Origin: Vicugna vicugna
Taxonomy: Eukaryota
Reading direction: 5' to 3'
Assembly: GCA_013265495.1 (NCBI GenBank)
Contig: MU058769.1
Location: 84,477-148,476, forward strand
Length of the DNA stretch: 64,000 bases
How positions within the stretch are numbered: position 1 is the stretch's first letter; each line of letters opens with the position of its first letter. This document shows, in pieces, positions 13,020-25,137 of the stretch. The position numbers and the translations under genes are program-made. The notes beneath the pieces are model-generated. The model was not told where the DNA came from, made no database searches, and saw only the letters and a list, made by a program, of their open reading frames with translations.

Positions 13020-13720
13020 ATGACTTCACTGTTCGGCACATCACCGCCTTCCCGGCGCACCCACCTCAACGACCCAGGGCGTCGGCCGCGTAACCGCGGC
13101 GGTCGGGAAGCACTTTCGGGAAGCCGTTCCCCCCGGACTCAGCGAGGCAGGGGGCCCCTCCCGCGCTCTGAGAAGCTCATCCTGAAGAAGCCAGGTCCGC
13201 CACCCGGGGCGCACGGTCCTCGCGCCGACAGCAGCCCCGGCCGGCCCTCCGGCTGCGGTCCGCACCGCCCGCCAACGCCCCGGGGGACCGGTCCGCGCCG
13301 CCCGACGAAACAAACCAGTTTCCGAGCCCCTGGCAGCACAGCGTGGGGAGTGCCCGGGCGCCACCCCCAACTTCTCAGAGGCGGCGGCAGGCGGCCCAGC
13401 GGGGCTGGTGCACGAGGACTGGGCGCTACCTGCCGGCTCGTGCCCCCTCCTCGCCACGCCGTGGGGCGCTGTGTCCCGGGACACGCGGGGAAGCGCGCGG
13501 AGACCCCAACTCCGCATTCCACAGCAGGAGCCCCAAATCTGGAGCCAGTGCAGAGAGAGGGCGTCCCGGGCGCGGGCGTGTGACGTCAGCGCGCGGAAGC
13601 CTGCACAGAGCGGGGGCGGCCGGGAAGGAGCGGCCGGGCGGGGGCGGGGCTCTGCAGGTGCAGGAGGCTGCAGGGAGCAGCAGAGAAGAAAAGGAGCCTG
13701 CAGTCTGAAGCTGCAGGAGT
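13020..13720 (-). promoter_or_regulatory. CpG-island promoter / non-coding exon 1 of the NEK1 copy
   Basis: Very GC- and CpG-dense. Perfect CRE palindrome TGACGTCA at 13581-13588, adjacent ETS core CGGAAG, GC box GGGGCGGGGC at 13641-13650. Candidate minus-strand donor CAG|GTAGCG at 13430/13429. Confidence 0.85.
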
Positions 13721-15101
13721 GAGGCCGACCCAGGGGCCAGAACTCATTGATACAAGGTGAATTGGGGTAGAGGATGTGATAAATTTGCCCTGCACATAAT
13801 GCACAGAAAAACGGACTTTTTTTTTTCAATCTTTGAGGCCTGTTACTTAGGGATGCCACATTTTAAAAACTAGTTTGCTTTGAAAAGCAAGCCTTTTCCT
13901 AGCATATTTTGGATGATTAAAACAAGAAACTATTTCTGTCTTGAATTTTTTTTAAAGGTATGATGTGGTTTTCTATGCCTTTACATCCAATGGCTGTGAG
14001 CATTCCTTGCCGGTATATGGAAAGGTTTGGTGGTCTATGTGTATGTCTTCACTGCAGAACTCTGAAAGATAGAAACAGACTTTACGGTAATAAGGGATCA
14101 AGTGCGGTGTCGTCCTGAGTAGCCCTCTGGCTAAAGTGCCTCCCCTAGAGTGACCCCGAGATCCTGGAGAATCCCAGCGAGAAGCTGGAGGAGGGTGGTG
14201 GGTGAATGCACCTTAGTTACTCTCCAGGTCACACCTGTTGCATGTGCTGAATGTAGCCTGGTGGAGACACTGCAGGTTTTGCCAGAGACCTCGACGTAAA
14301 TGAATCAGATCTTTGCTTCAAAGAAGTCCGCTCTCTTCCCCCTTGTGCCCCTCCCCAACACACCAACACCTAAGACTTCTCTGGGTTCTCCTGCCAGCCT
14401 TTGCTGTAGTCGTCCTTAAAAGAAATATTTTATTGCTAGCGTGGAAATTGAACGTTTTTGGCTTCTCTGCCAGAAGATGGCACTGCAAGTCATCCAACCA
14501 AGCAGGCATCAACCAGGCTTTGGTGTATCTCCTCTCCTCAGTCTCGGTGCAAAAGACTTGTTTTCTTCATTTTCTGACTTTTAGGCTAACCTCTTGTGAC
14601 CCTTCCCACCCCCAGTGTGTCAGTAGGAATTATGGTGTCTGAATGCACAATAACTGGAGTTCTACCCACATCCTTTGTACAGCAAAGCAACGTGAAAACG
14701 TTGCCAACTGCTCATCTAAGTAAATCTTTTTTTGCTGCTTTCATGAAGAATGATTAGTCAGATACTTCTTTAGGCTCCTGCCATAAACTGCTGATGGGAA
14801 CATAAACTGCTGTAGTCTTTGCAGAAGGCATATTAGCAATATGCACATCCTTGACAGCAATTTCACTTCTAAGACAAGTGGGTAAAGATGTATATACAGG
14901 GTAACCATTGTGGTTTATAACCAGAAAAACTAAAGGTAATGTAACTGTCTAAGAATAAGAAATTGACTGAATACTTTACAATATAGCAAACAATGGAGTA
15001 TCCCAAAAACATTAACAGGGGTTGTTGGGAAGGATTTTTATTGACACAGAAAGGTGCCCTTGATGTATTATTGTTAAGTGAATAAAGCAGGTTAGTCTAA
15101 C

Positions 15102-15624
15102 TGTAACAGAGCAAAGGGATCCTGTGCCCGAGACACAAGAAAGCCAAACTCTGACAGCAGGAGCCTGCAGCAAAGTAAGGCTTATTGCAGGGCTCCAAGC
15201 AAAGGGGTGGGAGTTATAAGCCTCAGATCCACTTCCCCGGGGTCTTCAAGTTAGGGTTTGGTTTTTTTTTTAAAGGGTAAGAACAGGCTGGGGTTAAACA
15301 TCTTCTTGTGACATTTCTTAATCATGTTTTCGGGAGTCAGGATGTCTCTGGTTTATGATTCTCCAGCCAGATGGTCCATGACTGGAGGGTCTATGAGATC
15401 ATCTTGCCCTGAAGAAATAACCTGAGTTTGTACATTACTGATGACACGTCTATAACGGCAATTTTAGTACCTAACAGTACAACTGACAACAGTTGTAGTC
15501 ATCTGACTCTGATTCTGACCACAGAATTGAGGTCAGAGGGGACAAGAAAGGAGATAAAGCTTTAGCTAAAGAGATGAATCGTAAACTTCGTAAGGGAACT
15601 CGGTTTTAGGGGGACTTGGTTTCA
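15102..15624 (-). mobile_element. ERV solo LTR
   Basis: TG...CA termini, 4-bp TSD taac/taat. Confidence 0.75.
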
Positions 15625-16249
15625 TAATCTGAGTTAAGAGGATGACCTGATTATTTTTCTTTCTGGTTTAGGTATTTCTATACCTATGTTTTCCTTTTCA
15701 CAAGAATATGTTTGGGTTTCTTTGATTCTTTTTATTTAAATGGTTTATTGGATTTTTCTTTCAAACAACAAAAAATGCTTTTTTCCTTGCAACAACCCAA
15801 TAACACAAGCATATAAAGGTTCTCAGGACTACAGTCTACCTCCAGAATTCACCCTGTGCTCACTCCTCCCAGAAAGCCACTGTTAACCATTTTAGGCAAA
15901 TAGCGTATACTTTTCTCTAAGATCATAAAAACATAAATGAGCTTGTATGCATAGATATTAGTTTTAATCTTTTAAAATGTGATCATAATATACATATTAT
16001 TTTGCAACCTGTTTTTTTCGTTTAACAGTAAATCATGAATATTTCCACAGAGATCAATGAATTCTTATTAATGATATCAAATATTCCATGATACGGGTGT
16101 ACCAAAACCTATGTAACCATATTCCACTCGATAGACTTGGAGGTGGTTTCCAATCATGTTGTTATTTCTGAAGGATAGCTTCCTAAAAGTGGGTTTGCTG
16201 GGTCAAAAAGTTTTTTTTTATTTTATTTTAACAGGTGCTCCTGCGCTTT

Positions 16250-16710
16250 GTTATATGTTTCTGTGTGACAAACTACCCTAAAACTTAGTGGCCTAAAACA
16301 ACAATGCTTTGTGATTTCTCACAATTTTGAGGCCAGGAAATCAAGCAGGGTTCTGCTAGGTGGCTCCACGAGGCTCCAGTGGGGGTCAGTCACCTGACTT
16401 CCTCTGCTGGCAACCGTGCCACCCGGATGATCCAAGAAGCTTCACTCACGTGTCTGGTGCCTTGGTGCCCCTGCACAAGGCTCCTCTCTCCACGGGGGTG
16501 GCAACACTGTAGTCTCGGGATAGTCACACCCCTTACATAAAAGCTGGCTTCACGTAAGGAAGAAATAGAATCTGTCAGTCCTTTTAAAGGCAAGGCCAGG
16601 AACAGGTGTGCTGTGTTCTCTGCCACGTTCCTGGTGAAAACAAGGCTCAAGGCCTGACAACATTTACAAGGAGGAGAGGAATCAAAGCTGGCAGGCTTGT
16701 AGACCATCTT
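16250..16710 (-). mobile_element. MLT1-type MaLR LTR
   Basis: aactaccctaaaacttagtggcctaaaacaac motif. Confidence 0.65.
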
Positions 16711-16756
16711 CCACATCCCGCATTACTTTTCGTAAGTTTAAGAAATTCACATTCCC

Positions 16757-16981
16757 TTTGCAAATGTTAACCACTATATATAAAAATAGATAAAAAACAA
16801 ATTTCTTCCAAATATCACAGGGAACTATATTCAATATCTTGTAATAATCTTTAATGAAAAAGAATATGAAAATGAATATATGTATGTATATGTGTGACTG
16901 GGACATGATGCTGTACCCCAGAAATTGACACATTGTAACTGACTGTACTTCAATTTAGAAAAATAAATACAAATAAAAATA
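16757..16981 (+). mobile_element. Short L1 3' tail with TSD
   Basis: TSD aagaaattcacattccc (16740-16756) / aagaaattcacactccc (16982-16998); acagggaactatattcaatatct motif. Confidence 0.88.
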
Positions 16982-17819
16982 AAGAAATTCACACTCCCAA
17001 TAGCTTTGTTCAGAAAGTGCCTATTTCCACTACCACTGGATGTTTCTCTCTTAATTTTGCAGAATTTTTAGATGTCTCTTCCATGTCTGCTTTCTTTAGC
17101 CTTTGCCCCTTTTCTCTTCCGTTATCTTTTTATCAATTTGTAGGTGGTATTTGTAAAATACGGAAATTAAACCTTTGTCACGCTGTGGAACGGGTATTTC
17201 TGGCAGTCTCTCACCCGTGTTTTGATGTTTTATGGTATCGCTGGTCACACAGAAACTTGTACATTTGTTTGTGGTCGTGTCTGTCAGTCTTTTTCTTTGT
17301 CATCTAGGTTTCTCACTTTGCCAAGCAAATATTCCTTCACCCCAAAATTATCTAAATAATCTCCATGTTTGTGTTTTAATTATCTAGTGAATTTAATACA
17401 TTTGAAACGTATATTTCTACACAAGTAACACAGGAAGACTAGGTTGGGGTTCTTTTGGAGGAAAACTAGTTGTGCCAGTGATTTGAAATGTGAACTTTAT
17501 CGTATATTAAATTTACTATTTATATCTGTATCTATTTATAGATTTCTACTCCATTTACCTATTGGTTTCCTCTTAGTTAAGGGTAACACAGAGGGGACTT
17601 TTTCTTAAAAAAAAAAATCCAACCCCCAATCCAACTACTGTACTCAGGGAAGAGAGGGGCACTCTCACCACTGTGGAAGGCGGCTGTGGGTTGAGAACCG
17701 TGACCCCCATCTTCCTTCCTCTGTGCTGGGCAGTAGAACACCTACAGCTGTCCTTGCACCTGGCCCACCGCAGCTTTGGGAGCAGGTAAGTTGGTTCTTC
17801 AGTTTGGTCCACAGAGGAA

Positions 17820-18390
17820 GGTGAGTTAATGGATTATAATCAGGGGCCGCGTCTTCACCTGATTTAGAAGAGATTTTGGACTTTGAGCTGATGAGATTTA
17901 GATTTAGAGGAGGTTCTGGACTTCAAGCTCATGCTGTATTAGGATGAGACCCTTGGGAACGCTGGGAAGGGGTGACTGTATTTTACCTGTTAGGGGCTGG
18001 GCAGGGGTGGGGAGGAGCGGCAGAATTCTGACATGGCCTCAAGACTCCCAGGCCCTGATGAATGTGCCTGGTATAAATGCCTCTGCTTGAGTGTGGGCCG
18101 GTCTGTGAGTATGGAAAGATTTCACTTCCATGATAACCTTATTGGTCAACTGACTTTTCATTCATAAAAAATGAGATTAAGGTAGGTGGGCTTGAACTAA
18201 TTACGTAGCCTCTTAAAAGAAGTCAGAGATTCAGGGAAAAGCAAGGGAAATCCTCCTACTGGCTTTGAAGCAGAAGCTATTCTGTTGTGAGAGGGCCACG
18301 TGGTTAGGACTTGAGAACCATCTCTAGTTGCTGAGTGGTCCCTGGTTAACAGCCATCAAGAAAGCAATGAAATGGGGACCTCAGTCCTGA
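17820..18390 (+). mobile_element. MaLR/ERVL LTR fragments
   Basis: ctactggctttgaag...agggccacgtgg...ggggacctcagtcct motifs. Confidence 0.6.
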
Positions 18391-19355
18391 TCGTGTCACA
18401 GGATCCCAATTAAAGCCCTTTTATGTGCTATGTCATATGCACGTATCAAAAAGAATGAGTTAGATCTAGAATGTTGATCTTAATGCTTATGAGTGCTATG
18501 TGCCTCTAAGGTGTAAAAAAGTATATATATGCAAATCAGCTGTTCATTATTCTCTCGTGCTTTTACTGGAAGCCCTCAAAGTGGACATAGTCAAAAGCAT
18601 TAGTGTGTGATACAAAGTTTGATACAATCTGGTGGGGAAGCAAAGGGGGAACCTGGTTTGGAAAAAAAAAATCAGGAAAAGAATTTTTTGTTGACAACTG
18701 GTAAAATTTAAATATGAACTAACCAAGTTAGCACTTCTGTACAGCCACATCTGTCAAGTAATACAACATTACCAGCACCACAGACAACCCACTAATACCT
18801 TCCTCAGTGGTTAACCCTACCTCCTCCCCAAAGGCAACCAGCAGTCTGACTTGTAGCAACACAGATTAGTTTGGTCTCTTTAAAGCTTTGTGTAGATGAA
18901 ATCATACAGTATGTGTTCTTTTGTATCCAGTAGTCTGTTTGTGAGATTCATTTGTGTAATCGTGTGTAGCTGCAGTTTGTTCATTTCTGTCACTGTGTAG
19001 CATCCGTTGTATGAACATATCTCAACTTTCTTATCCATTCTACTGTTGGTGCATGTCTCGGTTGTTTCCAGCTTTTGGCGATTACAAGCAATGCTGCCGC
19101 AAATACATCTTATGGTACCCATGTGCGTATCTGTGATGGTTATACACCTACAGTGGAATCTCTGAGTATAGAGAAGGTGGATAAGGACCGACCATTTTTG
19201 CCCCCAAATTGATTGCATCAACTCACTCTTTCAGTACTAATGTTTCTTGTTCCATATCCTTGCCAACAACAGACACTGTCAGCCTTTTTCAGTTTAAACA
19301 TTATGGTGGGTGCATACTGGCATCTAATTGTGATAAACGATTGTTGGCTTAAATA

Positions 19356-19813
19356 TGTCAACTGAAAGAAAAGCATGGAATGTAAGAGCCGTGAGTTGAG
19401 TTTATTCAAGACCCTACTGAGGGCTATAGCCTGGGAGGCAGCCTCTCAGGCAGCTCTGAGGAACTGCTCCAAAGAGGTAGGGGGAGAAGCCAGTACATAT
19501 GTGATTTTGGCTAGAGAGTGTGTGGAGTCAAGCATACATCTCAGTAAAAGGTTATTACTAGTCATGAGGATCAGGTATGTCAGGTAATGATTTTAGTGCT
19601 CTTCTATGTATGGGAAGATGCGAGGATATGGGTTCATTAATTTTTTCCCCTATCTCTAACTATCTAAGGTGTCTGTTTTTCCCAAAGCGCAGAGATGCCT
19701 TATCCCATTTTCCTCCTGAATTCCTTTCAGGATGTGCTGTTGGCCAGCAACTGCAGGGGTTAATGACTTGATCCCTGTAGAACTGGCCCGTGGGCAACAT
19801 TCTTTGTTTTACA
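19356..19813 (-). mobile_element. ERV solo LTR
   Basis: TG...CA termini, 4-bp TSD aata/agta, antisense AATAAA at about 19400. Confidence 0.72.
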
Positions 19814-20269
19814 AGTAACACCTAGTTTGTATGCCCAGTGTGAGAACAAAGAATGTCGCAGCTGATCAGTCCATGAATCCATCTGCTGTTTGTAGACTCA
19901 CTCTTAGGATCAGTGACTAGACTGACTGAAGCTTATAGACAAGCCCAGGTCTGAAGATTTAAAAGAAGGGAATAAAAAGTATTCCTTACTTTGCCACTGT
20001 ATTACAGAGAGAGAGGTCCTCTGCTTGAAACTGAAGAAGTCAGGGTGAGCTAGCACAGACCAGTGCAGTGATGAAAGGCACACAGACATGATTAAGGATG
20101 TTGCAATACCTGCAGTTACACATATGGGGAAAAAGTGGTGGCTGAATGCACCAGATAGCGTGAGTTCCCTTGGTGAAATTTTCCTTCTGTTAAAGCCTGG
20201 AGGAAGAGGTAGGGCTCAGGGATTACAGACCTAGAATGGCTATAATAAAACCACCACCACCAAAATAAT

Positions 20270-20465
20270 ACTAATATCTAACAATTATGTAGTGCTTTAC
20301 ATGTGTTAACTCACCTAACTCTCCCCCCAGATCACGGAAGTGTCCTTTCCCTATGCTGAAGATGAGCATACAGGGACAGAGAGGTTAATTCACTCGCCTA
20401 AGGCCACACAACTAGTATATGGTAAAGCCAGAATTTGAACCCAGGTAATCTGGCCTTAGAATCCA
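20270..20465 (-). mobile_element. MIR SINE
   Basis: acagagaggttaa...aaggccacacaactagt...gccagaatttgaacccagg core. Confidence 0.75.
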
Positions 20466-21659
20466 TTTTCATGATTCTGTGTTATCACAAGAACAGGGTG
20501 TTGGGGGCAGAGGAACTCATGCAGAGAGAGTCTTGGAAAGGAAGAAAAGGCAGAGTAGGCAGGTACCTAGGCAGGTAGTCTCACTGGTATCATAACAGGT
20601 TCCAAAAAGAAAAAAAGCATTCTGACAAATGGAATACATTCTGCACTGTTGCTGAAGAGGAAAATCATAGAAGCCTGCAACACCTCCAGGTTCGGATGGG
20701 AGAGTCTTTGGCACACGTTAAGCACAATGGCTGGAGGGGGAAGCCCAGGTTAGCAGAGAGCCTCACACTAAGGATTGACCGTCTACCTAGGATTTTCCCT
20801 TGGTTTTCCCTTTTTCCCCCCACACCTGTGCCAGGTTTTTATAGTTGCTCTGCAGAGGGACAGATGACATGGTATCATGGTTAGTTTCTATTGGGTTTCC
20901 TGGTTGGGGAGAAAACAGTCATGGGTAGTAGTCAGTACTGACATTTCTAATATTCACACCAGTGGCTTGGGACCCTGTGTTTGCCGCAGGTTCAAAGGTA
21001 TCCAGAGAGGACAATTTATGGGGCCCCAAACCTTCCTGTTTCCACCCTGGGGCCCTGTCACTCTCCACGACCGGGGCTGGTGAGGATGGGATCTGGAGAC
21101 TGACGATGGGGAGGGAGGGACAAAGAAGGGACAACCTGGTGGATGCTTAGGCAGATTAAGCCATCTGTCCTTCCTTCTGGAGCTCCTGGACACCTTCTAC
21201 TTTCTCACACTTTTTTTTTCTTTCTTCTTCCCCTACCTTTCCCTTCTTTTCCCCCATGCTTACATTGCCCCATCCACAAAAATCAATGATCTTCCCTTGG
21301 AGAAGCGCTCACTCTGCTAAGTGGGGAGAGCAGAAAGGGAATCTCAGGCTGGCGGATGGCCAGATGACCTAGATAGTTCCTTCTAGACAGTCCCAGGATG
21401 AAGTCTCCAAGACAGAATGGGCCAATGACTTCCCTGTTGGTGAAGAAAAGGCACAAGAGTAACACCTACAGAGACATGTTTGGATTTGAGCACCTTCAGC
21501 CCAAGAAGGTGGCTCAGTGAAGATGCCTGCTAAGCAGAGCCCAGCCCTCAGTAGTACCCACTTCCCTGAAGCTCCTCCCAGCCTTTCCCTTTCTTTCTCC
21601 TAACCGCTTTCAGGTTGTTCTAGTTGTTCTGCCTGGAGACTGATGACACAGGTGGATTT

Positions 21660-22760
21660 TTTCCCCCAATCCTTGCAAATACTTATTATGTCTTGTCTTT
21701 TTGGTAACAGCCATTCTAACAGGCCTAAAGTGATATCTCATTGTGGTTTTGACTTGCATTTCCCTTATGACTAGTGATGTTGAGCATCTTTCCATCTACC
21801 TGCTGGCCATTTATATGTCTTCTTTGGAAAAATGTCTGTTCAGATCCTCTGTCCATTTTTAATTGGATTTCATTAGGTTTTTTTTTTTTTGCTTTTAAGT
21901 TGTATGAGTTCCTTATATATTTTGGATATTGACTCCTTATCAGATACATGGTTTTCAATATTTTTTCTCATTCTATAGGTTGCCTTTTCATTTTGTTGAT
22001 TGTTTCATTTGTTGTGCAGAAGCTTATTTTTGCTTTGGCTCTTAGTATTATATCCAAAAATTTGTTGCCAAGACCAATGTCAAGGAATTTTTCCCTATGC
22101 TTTCTTTCAGGAGTTTTACAGTTTCAGTTGTTACATTTAAGTCTTTAATCCAGTTTGAATTAATTTCTGTGAGGGGTGAAAACAAGGTCCAGTTTCCTTC
22201 TTTTGCATGTGAACATTCCAACATTTATTGAAAAGATTATTCTTACCCATTGAGTATTCTTGGCTCCTTTATCAAATATTACTTTGAGCACTTATGTGTC
22301 AGTCTGTTTCTGGGCTTTCGATTCTGGTGCATTGGTCTGTGTGTCTGTTTTTAATGCCAGTACCATACTGCTTTGATTATGATAGCTTTGTAGTATAGTT
22401 TAAATTCAGGAAGTGCAATGCCTCCAGCCTTATTCTTCTTTCTCAGAATTGCATTGTTGTTCAGGGTGGTTCCATAAGGATTTTAGGATTGTTTTTTCTA
22501 TTTTGGTGGAAAATGACATTGGAATTTTGATAGGGATTGTATCAAATGTATAGATGGCTTTATTATTTTGAAATCTGACCCTTCTGTACCCAATTTGTTG
22601 GGAGTTTTCATCCTGAAAGGGTGTTGAGTTTTGTCAAATGATTTTTCTGCAACTTTTGAGACGATCATATGATTTTAATCTTTCATTCTATTGATGTGCT
22701 GCATCACATTTATTGATACATAAGAATGTATACTGAACCATCCTGTATCTCAGGGATTTG
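21660..22760 (-). mobile_element. L1 ORF2 fragments
   Basis: ORF 21610-21795 ([22 protein letters not shown]) is typical L1 ORF2 sequence. Confidence 0.85.
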
Positions 22761-23696
22761 AAACTGGGAATTACTCTAGGACTCCCTCATCTAATCACTG
22801 AGTGTGAGGGCATCAGCTTTTTGTATATTTCAAATTCTTCCCTTCTTCTCATACCTGTTGTATGCTGAGCTGTTTGACATCCTCCATATTTTTACTCAGA
22901 TGTTGCTTTCTTGGCTTTCTTGTTGAGGCCTTCTCCTGATCCCCCTTACTCTGCTCTTTTTCTTTTGTCCAAAGTGCACACCCTCTTCTAACATTTATTA
23001 TATCTATTTTATTTAAAAGCTTTATTGAGATATAATTTACACATACAATTCACTCATTTAAAGTAGACAATTCGGTAGATCTTAACATACTCACAGAGTT
23101 GTGTAACCATTTGCCACAATCAATTCTAGAACATTTGTGTTACCCCCAAAAGAATTTCCTTACACTTTAGCAGTAACCCTCCCTAATTTCCCCCAACCCT
23201 GATTTCCCTAGTCAGTCAGTCACCTACTTTCTGTCTCTATAGATTTGCCTATTTTAGAAAGTTGATATAAGCTGATTCATACAATATATGGTCTTTTGTA
23301 ACTGAGCATGTTGGCAAGGTTCCAAAGCAACTATACCACTTTACCTTCCCACCAGCAGTGTAACACAGTGCCTACCACATGGGGGTGCTCACAAATGTTC
23401 CCTGAATGCATGAATGACAAAATGCAGGACACAGTCCACATTCTTCAGCATGCCATCCAAGGGCTTTCCTGATCAGGCCCTTACCTGTCTTTCTAGCATC
23501 GCCTCTTGCTACTCCATGTCCTATGTTTCCTTATAAACCTGTGCGCCATCTCTCATCCTGCTCCTGCTGCCTGGGCTGTGCTCCCCTTCACTCTGTTCAG
23601 GCTGCTGAACTTCTGTTCACCTCTAATGCGACCTCTTCCATGACACCTTAGGCAAAAATAAGCACCTTCTCTTGTTGTCCTTTCCACATTAAAAAA

Positions 23697-23834
23697 ATTT
23701 TTTTGTTTTTTATTTTGGGGGGGAGGTAATTACATTTATTTTATTTATTTTATTTATTTAAATGGAGGTACTAGGGATTTAATACAGGACCTCATGCATG
23801 CTAGGCACGCACTCTACCACTATACCCTCCGCCC
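23697..23834 (-). mobile_element. vic-1-like SINE
   Basis: Reverse-complement tRNA-like head with (TTTA)n tail; ttccacatt on both flanks. Confidence 0.87.
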
Positions 23835-25017
23835 TTCCACATTTTAAAAATAATTTCTCTTTTTTTTAAATTATTGTTATTTTTTATTGAAGTATAGTCT
23901 GTTACAATGTATCAATTTCTAGTGTTCAGCACAATGTCCTGGTCATGCATATTCATACATATATTTGTTTTCATATTCTTTTTCATTAAAGGTTATTACA
24001 AGATATTGTAAATAGTTCCTTGTGCTGTACAGAAGAAATAAGGCATTTTACCTTTTTTAAAAACATTTTTTACTGAGTTGTAGTCATTTTGGAATGTTGT
24101 GTCAAATTCTATTTGTATATCCCCCATTAGTTCTGTGAGCTCCTTAACTGTAGGCACTGGGTTCTACTTCTCTTTGTACTTGCAGCACTCACCCAGGACT
24201 TGGTTCATGGTTGGTACTTGATAAATATTTGTTTCAGTGAACAAGCAGAGGAAATAGCAAGAGCAAAGCTCCAAAAGTCGAAATGTGCTGGCAGGTGTGA
24301 GAAATGGCAAGTTTCCCAACTTGACTGCAAGCGGACATTTGTGAGTGGACTGCAGGTGGAGGGCCTAGAGTCACCTGGTCAGTTTGCCCTTTGTTTGGTG
24401 GACAGTGGGGACTGCTGGAGGGAATGGCCTGACTAAGACTGGGCCCGAGAAACATTAATCTAGCAGTGGTGTGCAGAATGAGTGGGAGGTGAGGGGACCA
24501 TGTAGGAGGCTTTAGGCCAGGAGAGCAGAGTGAAGGTAAAAACCAAGGTAGAACATAAGGAAGGGCAGAGATGTGAGACAGAATATTAATGAATCTGCAG
24601 GGTTTGGAATGTGCCTGAATATGAAGGATGAGGAAGATGGAGATGCTAAAAACTAGTCAAAGGCTTTTGTCCCCAGGTACCAGCGGAATGGTCAGGTTGA
24701 ATAAGCACAGTCTTAGCTTACACTTGCTTCTGTGTGTCTTTGTGAAGTTAGACACTTTCTAAACATCTATAGAAAAGGAAAAGATCTGTAAAAACACTTA
24801 CTATGTATTATATTGTAGTTGCTACTTTCAAGAAAAAGAAAAATACAGGGAATCACAGAGGAAAAATGTGATAATGAGTGTGCATATGTCCATGTATGAC
24901 TGAAAAATTGTGCTGAACACTGGAATTTGACACAACACTGTAAAATGATTATAAATCAATAAAAAATGTTTAAAGAAAAGAAAAAGAAAAAGAATGCAGG
25001 GCGTAAGAGTGACATAT

Positions 25018-25137
25018 GGGGGGAGGAGGGTATATCAAGTGGTGGAACACATGCGCAGCACGCACGAGGTCGTGGATTCAATCCCCAGTGCTTCCATTAA
25101 AAATAAATAAATAAACCTAATTGCTCCCCCCCAAAAA
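25018..25137 (+). mobile_element. vic-1-like SINE
   Basis: tRNA-like head, (AAAT)n tail, agtgacat on both flanks. Confidence 0.85.

Larger units (their letters stand above)
767..13700 (-). pseudogene. NEK1: Unprocessed (intron-containing) NEK1 pseudogene, 5' part; may continue left of the window
   Basis: Four exons in NEK1 order with introns (7932-7816, 7412-7319, 4118-4021, 848-767) translate to the NEK1 kinase N-terminus. Each carries disabling lesions. A CpG island lies upstream at about 13.0-13.7 kb. Confidence 0.95.

Noticed and set aside
13020..13859. Long overlapping ORFs (187 aa, 272 aa and others) on both strands
   Set aside because: Stop-poor GC-rich CpG island giving low-complexity Pro/Arg/Gly peptides with no recognisable domain.
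21280..21530. Exon-like frame MKSPRQNGPMTSLLVKKRHKSNTYRDMFGFEHLQPKKVAQ and a 14-mer (gggaatctcaggct) shared with 58918
   Set aside because: No recognisable homology or clear splice boundaries; a single short match is compatible with chance.
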